From a virus, in IMG/VR virus record IMGVR_UViG_3300045988_021903, positions 1 through 36,827 of that record: 36,827 nt of DNA, one strand, 5' to 3'. Made by a program: the position numbers and the translations under genes. Of this stretch, positions 24,884-32,589 are shown piece after piece; positions within the stretch are counted from its first letter, which is position 1, and each line of letters begins with the position of its first letter. The notes beneath the pieces were generated by a model, which had not been told where the DNA came from, did not search any database, and worked only from the letters and a program-made list of their open reading frames with translations.

Positions 24884-25426
24884 ATGGCATGTTTTAAAAA
24901 ATTAACAAGTGATATTAGTTTCGATTGTACAAATCTTGGAAACGTCGGGGGTACAGGAGAAGTTGATGAAGCGATCATTATAAATTCTTCCGACATATCC
25001 ACTATTTCGGAGACGGTAAACGTGGGAACTATTACTATGTTACCGGGCACCAAAGGATATGTAATTAACTCTGTTAACAACTCTGTGATGTATCAAGACG
25101 CTATTAAAGTGAATGATACAACCCCGCCGGGAGAAGATCAAAGCGTAGTTTTGAAAATGCTAAGAGCACCGGGCAGCTTATCCGGGTATCGCGCAATATT
25201 GACACAGCTATTAACGGGGAATTTCCGGGTAGCTTTCAGATCGAAATCAGGCGAATATTTCCTAGCAGGTGCGTTTTGCGGTTTAGAAGCGTCAGACCTT
25301 GCAACCGATTCAAGCACTGGCGGCATTTCAACGGTGACACTTAAAACGCCGGAAGCGGCTACGGGCGATAAACTTTTAACGCTAGCTAAGGCAGATTATG
25401 ACGGTCTAAAGATACCGAAAGTTTAA
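24884..25426 (+). CDS. Structural paralog 3 of 3 (180 aa)
   Basis: MACFKKLTSDISFDC...GGISTVTLKTP. This is the most divergent copy. Confidence 0.7.
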   Translation: MACFKKLTSDISFDCTNLGNVGGTGEVDEAIIINSSDISTISETVNVGTITMLPGTKGYVINSVNNSVMYQDAIKVNDTTPPGEDQSVVLKMLRAPGSLSGYRAILTQLLTGNFRVAFRSKSGEYFLAGAFCGLEASDLATDSSTGGISTVTLKTPEAATGDKLLTLAKADYDGLKIPKV

Positions 25427-25448
25427 TAAATTAAAAACAATTTAAAAG

Positions 25449-25964
25449 ATGGAAAAAATTACAGATATAGGGCAGATCGTTTCATTGTGTCAAACAATGA
25501 CTAATCTAAAATTGGATATTGTGTGCGGTGCGGATCGCCTGTTTGCACAACGTTGGTATGAAGAACGCTATTTGACAGGTGTACACACCCGCTATGTGAT
25601 GAAGCCGGGGTTGTTTATCAACTCGATTGAGGACGGAAGAGTGTACCGCGCTTTCAACACAAGCGACGAGAAGGCCGTGGAGTTCATGGACATGAATGAG
25701 AATTACAAGGACTATTTTATAGACTTGCAAGCAGAACCGGAAGCGCCTGTAGAAGGTGAACCGGAAGCGCCTGTAGAAGGCGAACCGGAAGCAGATCCAG
25801 AAGCCGTTCAAGTAATGGCAGCTGATGAACCGGAGATGACCGAAGAAGAGATCGCCGCGGCTAAACGTAGCGAAGCGGCTAAAAAGGCCGCGGCTACTAG
25901 AGCAGCAAACAAGGCAGCGGCAGAAGCCGAAGCAGCCGAGGGTCTTAAGGAGTTCGAAGAGTAA
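25449..25964 (+). CDS. Hypothetical acidic protein (171 aa) with an EPEAPVEG tandem repeat and an Ala/Lys-rich tail
   Basis: Track ORF. The 24-nt in-frame repeat lies at 25734..25793. Confidence 0.65.
   Translation: MEKITDIGQIVSLCQTMTNLKLDIVCGADRLFAQRWYEERYLTGVHTRYVMKPGLFINSIEDGRVYRAFNTSDEKAVEFMDMNENYKDYFIDLQAEPEAPVEGEPEAPVEGEPEADPEAVQVMAADEPEMTEEEIAAAKRSEAAKKAAATRAANKAAAEAEAAEGLKEFEE
25734..25793 (+). repeat. 24-nt in-frame tandem repeat x2.5 (EPEAPVEG)
   Basis: gaaccggaagcgcctgtagaagg(t/c) at 25734 and 25758, with a partial unit at 25782. Confidence 0.9.
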
Positions 25965-25983
25965 TATTTAAAAATGTAAATCA

Positions 25984-27135
25984 ATGATCGCAGCAAAGAA
26001 AATAGAGTTAATAGTACGTAGGGCACTAAATTTAGTGCCCCGTACTTCGGAAGGGGTGGTTAGTTACGATGTAGACAACTTGTACCCGCAACGTATCGCG
26101 AATCTTATCGACGCTAGCAAAACCGCTACGGCGTGTTGCGACAAGGCAAAGGAAAATATCATTTGCGAGGGCTTTGTTAACGAAGAATTTGCAGCGAGAA
26201 CTAACGAGCACGGGCAGGACATGAACGACGTTTTAGAGTTCGTAGCCGACGAGATACCGAGATATAGAGGTTACGCGTTAATAGTACAATATGGCGGCGA
26301 TGGTCGCCCTTTGTACTGTTATCCCGTTCCGTTCGGTTATGTTCGTGCCGTTCTTAACGAGGACTACAAACGCGATTCAATCGTACGGAAATGGCGTGTA
26401 TTTGATAACTGGGAACGCGAGATGCTGAAGGACACGAACGTTAAAACGGGTGTTGTTTATCCTAACTTCAACCCGAAAAACTTTTGGAAAGAGTGTGAAG
26501 AGTACGGAGGTATTGAAAACCATCCGGGACAACTCTATTACGCTAACTTCTCAAACCGTCGCCCTTATCCGATCAGCCCGTTTCACGCGGTACAGCCCGA
26601 AATGGGAGCAGAACACGGGAACGCCTTGTATGTCGAGAACGTTCTGGCGCGTGGATTCCACGCCTGTAGCGTCGTATCGCATGGGATGTTCCAGAGCGAT
26701 CAGGAGCAAAACGAATTCCGGGACGCTATTACCGAAATGATGGGGGTAGAAGGAACTGGCGCGGTTCTCACGGTAAGAGACGATAATGTAGGTATTACAG
26801 AGAAGCCCTTTATCCGGGTGGATCAAATCGGTACGCCTATCGATTCCGATCTGTATAAATCATATTGCGAGCCATTGCGGAAAGACATCGCTATTTCTTG
26901 CTTCACTATTCCGATCCCGCTTATTGATTCGTCATTGATCAGCTTCTCGAACGCGTCGGGCGAAGTGGTTAAGGAAATGCAGCGCGTTTACCGCCGCTCT
27001 TTGTCGCGCGTCCGTGATAAGATTTCCCGCGACCTAGCCTATATATTCGACATAGACCCGGAACTAACTAAGATTAAAAACGATTTGGAAGGCGATGCGG
27101 ATAATGTACCCGCCGACCAAGTAATAACAGATTAA
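25984..27135 (+). CDS. Portal-like protein (383 aa)
   Basis: The size and several segments (YPQRIANLIDASK..., GYALIVQYGGDG..., MMGVEGTGAVLTV) resemble portal proteins by eye. No other portal candidate exists in the genome. Confidence 0.5.
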   Translation: MIAAKKIELIVRRALNLVPRTSEGVVSYDVDNLYPQRIANLIDASKTATACCDKAKENIICEGFVNEEFAARTNEHGQDMNDVLEFVADEIPRYRGYALIVQYGGDGRPLYCYPVPFGYVRAVLNEDYKRDSIVRKWRVFDNWEREMLKDTNVKTGVVYPNFNPKNFWKECEEYGGIENHPGQLYYANFSNRRPYPISPFHAVQPEMGAEHGNALYVENVLARGFHACSVVSHGMFQSDQEQNEFRDAITEMMGVEGTGAVLTVRDDNVGITEKPFIRVDQIGTPIDSDLYKSYCEPLRKDIAISCFTIPIPLIDSSLISFSNASGEVVKEMQRVYRRSLSRVRDKISRDLAYIFDIDPELTKIKNDLEGDADNVPADQVITD

Positions 27136-27136
27136 T

Positions 27137-27574
27137 ATGGCATACCCGATCCAATTACTACGAGATTTGTTTACGATCGCGAAGGACGTTAAAGATAGCG
27201 ACATCGAAAAAGCTTTTTACGAAGCCGACATGCTTGACATGTCGCCGCAACTTCACCGATCTTATGAAGAGATACCGCCGGAATACTTAGTTGATTCCCC
27301 GGCGCTTACAGGAGCTAATAAGGTATTATGCTACTATGCCTTTGCCCGTTACTCGCAGACAAGCGAGCAGCAGAGCACGGCGAGCGGCCTAAAAATACAA
27401 AACTATAATGGCAGCTACGTTCTAGCTGATGATAACAAAGCGAGACGGTTTGAAGCCGAACGCGGGAAAGCTGATTTATTTATAGTCCCGTTAATCAAGG
27501 CGTTTAAAACCGCCGGACTGATTAAAGAGGAATGTTCACACAGGGTACAATCTAGGATATGTTTAATAAAATAA
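27137..27574 (+). CDS. Hypothetical virion protein (145 aa), possible head-tail adaptor
   Basis: Starts 1 nt after the portal-like gene. The function call rests on context only. Confidence 0.6.
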   Translation: MAYPIQLLRDLFTIAKDVKDSDIEKAFYEADMLDMSPQLHRSYEEIPPEYLVDSPALTGANKVLCYYAFARYSQTSEQQSTASGLKIQNYNGSYVLADDNKARRFEAERGKADLFIVPLIKAFKTAGLIKEECSHRVQSRICLIK

Positions 27575-28101
27575 TGGATGGAGTTTTTGATACGGCGCGT
27601 GTCGCGTCTTTAGCTTTCCTGCTAACAGTTACTAATGATGTGATGACTTTCTTCGTCCTGACAATCTTGTTCGGCACGTTGAATTTTATAGTAGGACTTA
27701 TTGCAGGTTTACGGGCTGGTGAAAAATACAGCCACAAAAAGGCTTTCCACGCCTTTTTCGAGTATGCGATCGCGGCGATTGTGATTCTATTCACGGCGGC
27801 AGGCGCACGGCTTATAGAGCCGGAAGGGAACTATACGGACTTATTACGATTACTTACAACGCTTTTCGCGCTGGTGTATTCCAAGAATATTATCCGTAAC
27901 TTTAAAAAGATCCAACCGGATAACGAATTTATAGCGGTACTGGATATTCTGATTAATACAAAATATTTGGACTTTATAAAAAATTTGAAAAATGCGAAAT
28001 TTCACAATTCAAGAGCTAACCGCATCAACGACGGCGGCGGCGAAGAAGATCAACAACGATCCGACACCGGAAGCAGCAGAGAATCTGAAGCTGTTAGTTG
28101 A
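27559..28101 (+). CDS. Holin-like multi-TM membrane protein (180 aa; alternative start ATG 27574)
   Basis: Three or four hydrophobic segments and a charged C-terminal tail. It sits immediately upstream of, and overlaps, the endolysin gene. Confidence 0.6.
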   Translation: MFNKIMDGVFDTARVASLAFLLTVTNDVMTFFVLTILFGTLNFIVGLIAGLRAGEKYSHKKAFHAFFEYAIAAIVILFTAAGARLIEPEGNYTDLLRLLTTLFALVYSKNIIRNFKKIQPDNEFIAVLDILINTKYLDFIKNLKNAKFHNSRANRINDGGGEEDQQRSDTGSSRESEAVS

Positions 28102-28390
28102 TAACGTGCTAGACCCTCTTAGGGACGCGTACGGCAAGCCGATCCGGGTTAATAGCGGATATAGATCACCCGCGCTAAACGCGGCGGTGAGAGGTTCTAA
28201 AACGTCGCAGCACTTGAAGGGGCAAGCGGCGGACATTACAGCGGGAAGCAAACAGGAGAATAAGAAACTCTTTGAACTGGCACAGGAACTCAATTTGCCG
28301 TATTGCCAGCTTATCGACGAGAAGAATTTTTCATGGGTGCATATCTCATATGATAAGAACAACGTGAAACGTCAAATTCTGCACCTATGA
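27992..28390 (+). CDS. Endolysin, peptidase M15A-type zinc D-Ala-D-Ala carboxypeptidase-like (132 aa)
   Basis: FTIQELTAS...INNDP...RVNSGYRSPALNAAVRGSKTSQHLKGQAADI...WVHISY carries the H-x6-D...H zinc ligands. Confidence 0.85.
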   Translation: MRNFTIQELTASTTAAAKKINNDPTPEAAENLKLLVDNVLDPLRDAYGKPIRVNSGYRSPALNAAVRGSKTSQHLKGQAADITAGSKQENKKLFELAQELNLPYCQLIDEKNFSWVHISYDKNNVKRQILHL

Positions 28391-28974
28391 AAATAACATT
28401 AAATAAGATATTGGTGTGTTTAGCGGTCCTTCTAGCCATTTTGCTGTACGCGTCGTACAAGACAGTACAGAAACAAAGAAAAGAGCTAGAAAGGCAGGAA
28501 AACAACCTCACCGCGCTTAACACCGAGGCCATAGCATTCAAGACTACGGCAGGAGATTATGCGGAAAAGGCCAGGCAGCTAAAGCTAGAGAAGGACGAGC
28601 TAGAACTATATAACGCTGATCTATATAATAAGGTACGCGAGGCGGGAATAAAGATACGGGAGCTTAAGAACGCTACAAGGGCCGAGACAGTTACCAAGGT
28701 GGACACTGTGGTTAAGACGGAATACCGGGACGGGAACAGAGAAAACCGATTTGCGCACTATTTTGACGGATGGAACGATATACAAGTCGAAGCCCGGCCG
28801 GACACAACAATTATAAAATCTAGTAGTGTTGACACGATCGACGTGATCGGATCAGTCAAACAAAAGCGGTTTTTATTCTTTCGGATCGGAAAACCGAAAC
28901 AAACGATAACCGTATCGAACAAAAACCCAAAATCTAAAATACACGTAGAATTCTCAGCAGAATTCGACAAATAA
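28387..28974 (+). CDS. Membrane-anchored coiled-coil protein (195 aa), spanin-like lysis accessory
   Basis: N-terminal TM segment ILVCLAVLLAILLYA followed by a coiled coil. ATGA overlap with the endolysin gene. It is the last gene of the late unit. Confidence 0.55.
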   Translation: MKITLNKILVCLAVLLAILLYASYKTVQKQRKELERQENNLTALNTEAIAFKTTAGDYAEKARQLKLEKDELELYNADLYNKVREAGIKIRELKNATRAETVTKVDTVVKTEYRDGNRENRFAHYFDGWNDIQVEARPDTTIIKSSSVDTIDVIGSVKQKRFLFFRIGKPKQTITVSNKNPKSKIHVEFSAEFDK

Positions 28975-29024
28975 CGCCTTTCATCTTTTATAAACGACCT
29001 TTCATCTTTCGCACTTGAAAACTC

Positions 29025-29056
29025 AAAACGCTGATTCTTAACGAGTTGGCGTTTTT
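29025..29056 (+). terminator. Candidate terminator ending the late unit
   Basis: AAAACGCTGA (29025..29034) pairs with TTGGCGTTTT (29046..29055), including two G-U pairs. The loop is 11 nt and a T-run follows. Confidence 0.5.
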
Positions 29057-29086
29057 GCTTGTGAATGATTAAAATTTGTATCTTTC
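29054..29086 (+). promoter_or_regulatory. Variant promoter-like box heading repeat element B: TTTG 29054..29057, 21-nt spacer, TATCTTTC 29079..29086
   Basis: Same arrangement as 8920..8951. Confidence 0.5.
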
Positions 29087-29264
29087 GCACTTAACTCACT
29101 AATAACTAGTACTTTATCATATAATATAGTGTATTTGTCAAAGATGGAAAGATGATATATAAGGCTAACAGATAAATATTAGATAATCTATAAAATATGT
29201 AAATATATGAATTAATATGTGAATGAATTTATAGAAATATTTAAATATAAACTAATAGAGAAAC
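29069..29264 (+). repeat. AT-rich non-coding element, copy B (homologous to 8934..9131)
   Basis: See copy A. The offset is a constant 20,135 nt over the first ~90 nt and 20,133 nt at the second conserved block. Confidence 0.9.
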
Positions 29265-29433
29265 TATCATATATCTTTCACACTCCGCCCGTTTTTGCCA
29301 CTTAACTAGCTGATACGCACACAGTTAGGGCGTGAAACATCCGCTTAAAAAGGGCTATTTACCATTGACACCGTTACTAAACCTTCAAAACCGTTAATCA
29401 GAGTTAAAATACTAAAGTTTTTTGGGAAATAGT

Positions 29434-29463
29434 TTTGTAGTTCAAAATAAAGCTGTACCTTTG
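29434..29463 (+). promoter_or_regulatory. Bacteroidota-type promoter (early cassette copy 3, diverged): TTTG 29434..29437, 18-nt spacer, TACCTTTG 29456..29463
   Basis: The whole stretch 29409..29470 aligns with 419..480 (atactaaagttttttg.gaaa..gtttt.gtag...). Confidence 0.7.
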
Positions 29464-29479
29464 TAACATCGAAAGAGAA

Positions 29480-29665
29480 ATGAGAGCGCCGCCAATCGTA
29501 ACCAAAGGGCGCGAGACAGGAAACACGGATGGTATCCTAGTTCATTTGAAAAGACGGTGCGGTATCCGCTTAATTGAAGCTATAAAGCCTGAATCTCGAT
29601 CGATAAAACAACTGAAAAGCCTACTAAATTTGTTGAACTATTCCGATACCGGAGAATCGTTTTAA
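29480..29665 (+). CDS. Hypothetical basic protein (61 aa), or alternatively an untranslated leader
   Basis: The ORF fills the 200-nt space between the promoter and the next gene almost exactly. No family recognised. Confidence 0.4.
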   Translation: MRAPPIVTKGRETGNTDGILVHLKRRCGIRLIEAIKPESRSIKQLKSLLNLLNYSDTGESF

Positions 29666-29677
29666 ACATTACTAGAT

Positions 29678-30007
29678 ATGGCAGCAATAGACATTTATAA
29701 GTTAGAAGCGTTCTTTTACAAGATTATACGGGAGAAGGTTAAAGCGTGCAAAACGATAGGCGAGGCTACAATGCTATATGGCTATCCGGGCAATTCGAAA
29801 ATGGTGTTCGAAGATTTGCAACGAGAAGAAGAAGCCGGAAAAAAGTTTAAGTATAAAATTCGGGGCTTTATAATTCCACACGCCAAACGTTACGAAACTA
29901 TTTTCGAACAGGCCCGGCGCGCCGCTTATTCCGATCACGTACAAACTTATCGAACGACTGACAAATTGAGTTTTAAATTTAATGAAAAGATGAAATGGAA
30001 AAAGTAG
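29678..30007 (+). CDS. Hypothetical protein (109 aa)
   Basis: Track ORF, no family recognised. Confidence 0.65.
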   Translation: MAAIDIYKLEAFFYKIIREKVKACKTIGEATMLYGYPGNSKMVFEDLQREEEAGKKFKYKIRGFIIPHAKRYETIFEQARRAAYSDHVQTYRTTDKLSFKFNEKMKWKK

Positions 30008-30174
30008 AACTTATCACAGTGGCGGAAGCCGCCCGGTTAGCGGAATGCACCGAAAATGCCATACGCTACCAACTCAACGCCGGAAAGCTGACACGGTACG
30101 AGAACGGCACGGGCAAAATCAGAGTTAGCAAAGAAGAACTAGTAGAAACAATTTTTAATTTTAAGAAAAAATGA
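29995..30174 (+). CDS. Helix-turn-helix DNA-binding protein (59 aa, MerR/excisionase-type HTH), below the track cutoff
   Basis: Read manually: MEKVELITVAEAARLAECTENAIRYQLNAGKLTRYENGTGKIRVSKEELVETIFNFKKK. ATGA overlap with the next gene. Confidence 0.65.
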   Translation: MEKVELITVAEAARLAECTENAIRYQLNAGKLTRYENGTGKIRVSKEELVETIFNFKKK

Positions 30175-30686
30175 AAGTAGTAATCGAATTAATCGGAAAT
30201 GAGAGTAAACAGGATTTGTTGGCAACGTCTAACTATTTGCGCGAGCTGGCGGGAGAAGCCGTACCGGAAGCAACGGAACGTAAAACCGATCTTGACAAGT
30301 TAGCGGACGCGGTTGTAGAAGCAACAAAGGTGAAGGACGAAGAGAAGCCTAAAACAGTGGCCGAGATGGTAGAATCTGAACGCGCAAAGACCCGCGCTAG
30401 ACGTGCCGCGAAACCTGCACCGATCGAAGAGCCTGCAAAGGTAGAAGAGCCTGCAAAGGCAGAAGAGCCTGCAAAGGCAGAAGAACCTGCAAAGGTTGAA
30501 GAACCCGAAACGGATGCAGCATCTTATACGATCGACGATTGCAAGTCCTGGGCTATGAAGGCACTAAACGCTAAGAAACGCCCGATTGTACAAGAAGCAT
30601 TTGAAAGCGTAGGCGCGTCTAGTTTCCCGACGTTGAAGGAGGAGATGTTTAACGATTTTGTTGCATACATTTCAAGCCGTTTATGA
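30171..30686 (+). CDS. Hypothetical acidic protein (171 aa) with an EEPAK(V/A) tandem repeat
   Basis: Track ORF. The 18-nt in-frame repeat lies at 30426..30509. Confidence 0.7.
   Translation: MKVVIELIGNESKQDLLATSNYLRELAGEAVPEATERKTDLDKLADAVVEATKVKDEEKPKTVAEMVESERAKTRARRAAKPAPIEEPAKVEEPAKAEEPAKAEEPAKVEEPETDAASYTIDDCKSWAMKALNAKKRPIVQEAFESVGASSFPTLKEEMFNDFVAYISSRL
30426..30509 (+). repeat. 18-nt in-frame tandem repeat x4.7 (EEPAKV/A)
   Basis: Units gaagagcctgcaaagg.. start at 30426, 30444, 30462 and 30480, with a partial unit at 30498. Confidence 0.9.
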
Positions 30687-31849
30687 TGGGACACGCAGAT
30701 AGAGACCACGCGATTTTATCGCCGAGTAGCGCGAAACGATGGATAAATTGTACTCCATCGGCGCTACTAGCCGAAGCCGCCGGAAGCAAATCGAGCGTTT
30801 ACGCGGAAGAAGGCACACTGGCCCACGAAATAGCCGAACACGCTTTGGATTATTACATAAGAGGCTTATACGACCCGATCGTCGACGAAGAGTTACCCGT
30901 CAACGATGAGCACATCAAAAACCCGCTGTTTAATACCGACATGGCAAATTATATCCGCGACTATTGCGATTATGTTATTGGCGAAGGGTACGAGATGGCT
31001 AGGGCGGACGGTTTTAGCGAAATGTTCCTAGAGAGAAAGGTAGACATTACAGACTACGCACCGGATTCGTTCGGATCGGTAGACGTAACACTGGTATCTG
31101 ACAAGACGATACACATTATAGATCTGAAGTACGGCGCAGGCGTTAAGGTGTTTGCAGATCATAACGAGCAAATGATGTTGTATGCTTTGGGAGCTTTGAA
31201 GGCGGCAGCGTCGCAGAACATAACCAATATTCGAATGACGATCGCACAAGTCAGATTAGACCACTACGACACGTTTGAGATGTCAAAGGGTGAGTTACTC
31301 GACTGGGCGGAGAAAGTCCTGAAACCGGCCGCAAAAGCAGCAATACAGGGCAAAGGGAAACAGGTTATTGGAAGTTGGTGCGGTTTTTGTCCGGTTAAAG
31401 CCCAATGCAGGGCGCAACGTGACGCAGTACTTGCAGACTTCGACGAAAAGCCCGAACCCCTGTTATTATCTGACGAAGAAGTAACCGACCTTATCGGTAA
31501 GATCGACACGTATAAGAGCTGGATCGAATCAGTAAATAAGTACGTCTACGATAGAGCGATACAGGGGCATAAATGGGAGGGCTACAAGCTAGTAGCCGGC
31601 CGGTCAAGCCGAGTTATCAAGGACGAAGCAAAGGTACGGCAGGCACTCCTAAACGAGTTCCTAGAGGACGAAGTACTAAACATCAAGCTAAAGGGTATCG
31701 GAGATCTCGAAAAACTGTTAGGTAAAAAAGTATTTAGCGCAAGATTTGGAGACGCGATTGAATCGCGGCCCGGTGCGCCGAAACTAGTGCCGGAAAGCGC
31801 TAAGGGAGTAGAATACAGCCCGCTTTGCGACTTCGACATAGAAGGCTAA
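30683..31849 (+). CDS. DUF2800-type PD-(D/E)XK (Cas4/RecB-like) nuclease (388 aa)
   Basis: HAILSPSSAKRWINCTPS...YAEEGTLAHEIAE at the N-terminus, catalytic SVDV...IIDLKYG, and C-terminal cysteines CGFCPVKAQC. Confidence 0.8.
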   Translation: MMGHADRDHAILSPSSAKRWINCTPSALLAEAAGSKSSVYAEEGTLAHEIAEHALDYYIRGLYDPIVDEELPVNDEHIKNPLFNTDMANYIRDYCDYVIGEGYEMARADGFSEMFLERKVDITDYAPDSFGSVDVTLVSDKTIHIIDLKYGAGVKVFADHNEQMMLYALGALKAAASQNITNIRMTIAQVRLDHYDTFEMSKGELLDWAEKVLKPAAKAAIQGKGKQVIGSWCGFCPVKAQCRAQRDAVLADFDEKPEPLLLSDEEVTDLIGKIDTYKSWIESVNKYVYDRAIQGHKWEGYKLVAGRSSRVIKDEAKVRQALLNEFLEDEVLNIKLKGIGDLEKLLGKKVFSARFGDAIESRPGAPKLVPESAKGVEYSPLCDFDIEG

Positions 31850-31885
31850 CGGAAGTTAAAAAACAATTAAAGAATGTATAAACGG

Positions 31886-31915
31886 TTTGAAGTTTAAAAT
31901 AAAGCAATATCTTTG
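31886..31915 (+). promoter_or_regulatory. Bacteroidota-type promoter for the SSB gene: TTTG 31886..31889, 18-nt spacer, TATCTTTG 31908..31915
   Basis: Consensus match. The track ORF start 31913 is the TTG of this -7 box. Confidence 0.7.
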
Positions 31916-31945
31916 AACCGAAAACAAATTAAAATCTTAAAAATT

Positions 31946-32515
31946 ATGAGTAGAAAATTGATTTTAAAAAACGTGCGTTTCTCTTATGTAAGAGTTTTCG
32001 AAGCCGAACAGTATCAAGGCGTAGGTGAATTTCATTACAGTGTAACTTTGTTGATCCCCAAAACTGATACGGCTTTGATTAAGCAAATCAATGACGCGGT
32101 TAAGGCAGAAGCACAGGATTATTTTTCAAGGGACCCGAAATTCAAGGGACGCGTACCGGAAAATTACAAAAGCCCGTTACGGGATGGTGATGCGCCGGAG
32201 AAAGAAGGACAAGCCGGGTATGAAGGATGTTACTACATTACGGCGAAGCGCAAAGAGGAACACGGGAAACCGATCGTAATCGACAAGGGTAAACGCCCGA
32301 TCACAGTGAAAGAAGATTTGTATTCCGGATGTTGGGGAGTAGCTTCCATCTCAATCTACGGTTACAACATGAGTGCCGACAACCGCGGTATAACCTCCGG
32401 ATTGAACGGGATACAAAAAGTAACCGATGACGATAGACTGGACGGCGGATCAAGCGTCAACGACTTCGAAAATATGGAGGACGAAAACGACGACCCGTTC
32501 GGAATGAACGCATAA
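31946..32515 (+). CDS. DUF2815-type (T7 gp2.5-like) single-stranded DNA-binding protein (189 aa)
   Basis: LILKNVRFSYVRVFEA N-terminus. Acidic C-terminal tail DFENMEDENDDPFGMNA with an aromatic residue. It lies between the DUF2800 and PolA genes. Confidence 0.75.
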   Translation: MSRKLILKNVRFSYVRVFEAEQYQGVGEFHYSVTLLIPKTDTALIKQINDAVKAEAQDYFSRDPKFKGRVPENYKSPLRDGDAPEKEGQAGYEGCYYITAKRKEEHGKPIVIDKGKRPITVKEDLYSGCWGVASISIYGYNMSADNRGITSGLNGIQKVTDDDRLDGGSSVNDFENMEDENDDPFGMNA

Positions 32516-32589
32516 AACAATTATTTCAAGTATAAACAATTAAATTAATTATTAATCAATCTCGTTAAAACAGGTGTAAAATGATTCTC

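Noticed and set aside
29995-30174. Reading the excisionase-like HTH as evidence of a lysogeny module.
   Set aside because: No integrase, recombinase, repressor/antirepressor pair or att-like repeat is present. The HTH heads the replication operon and is more simply a transcriptional regulator. The phage is probably virulent.
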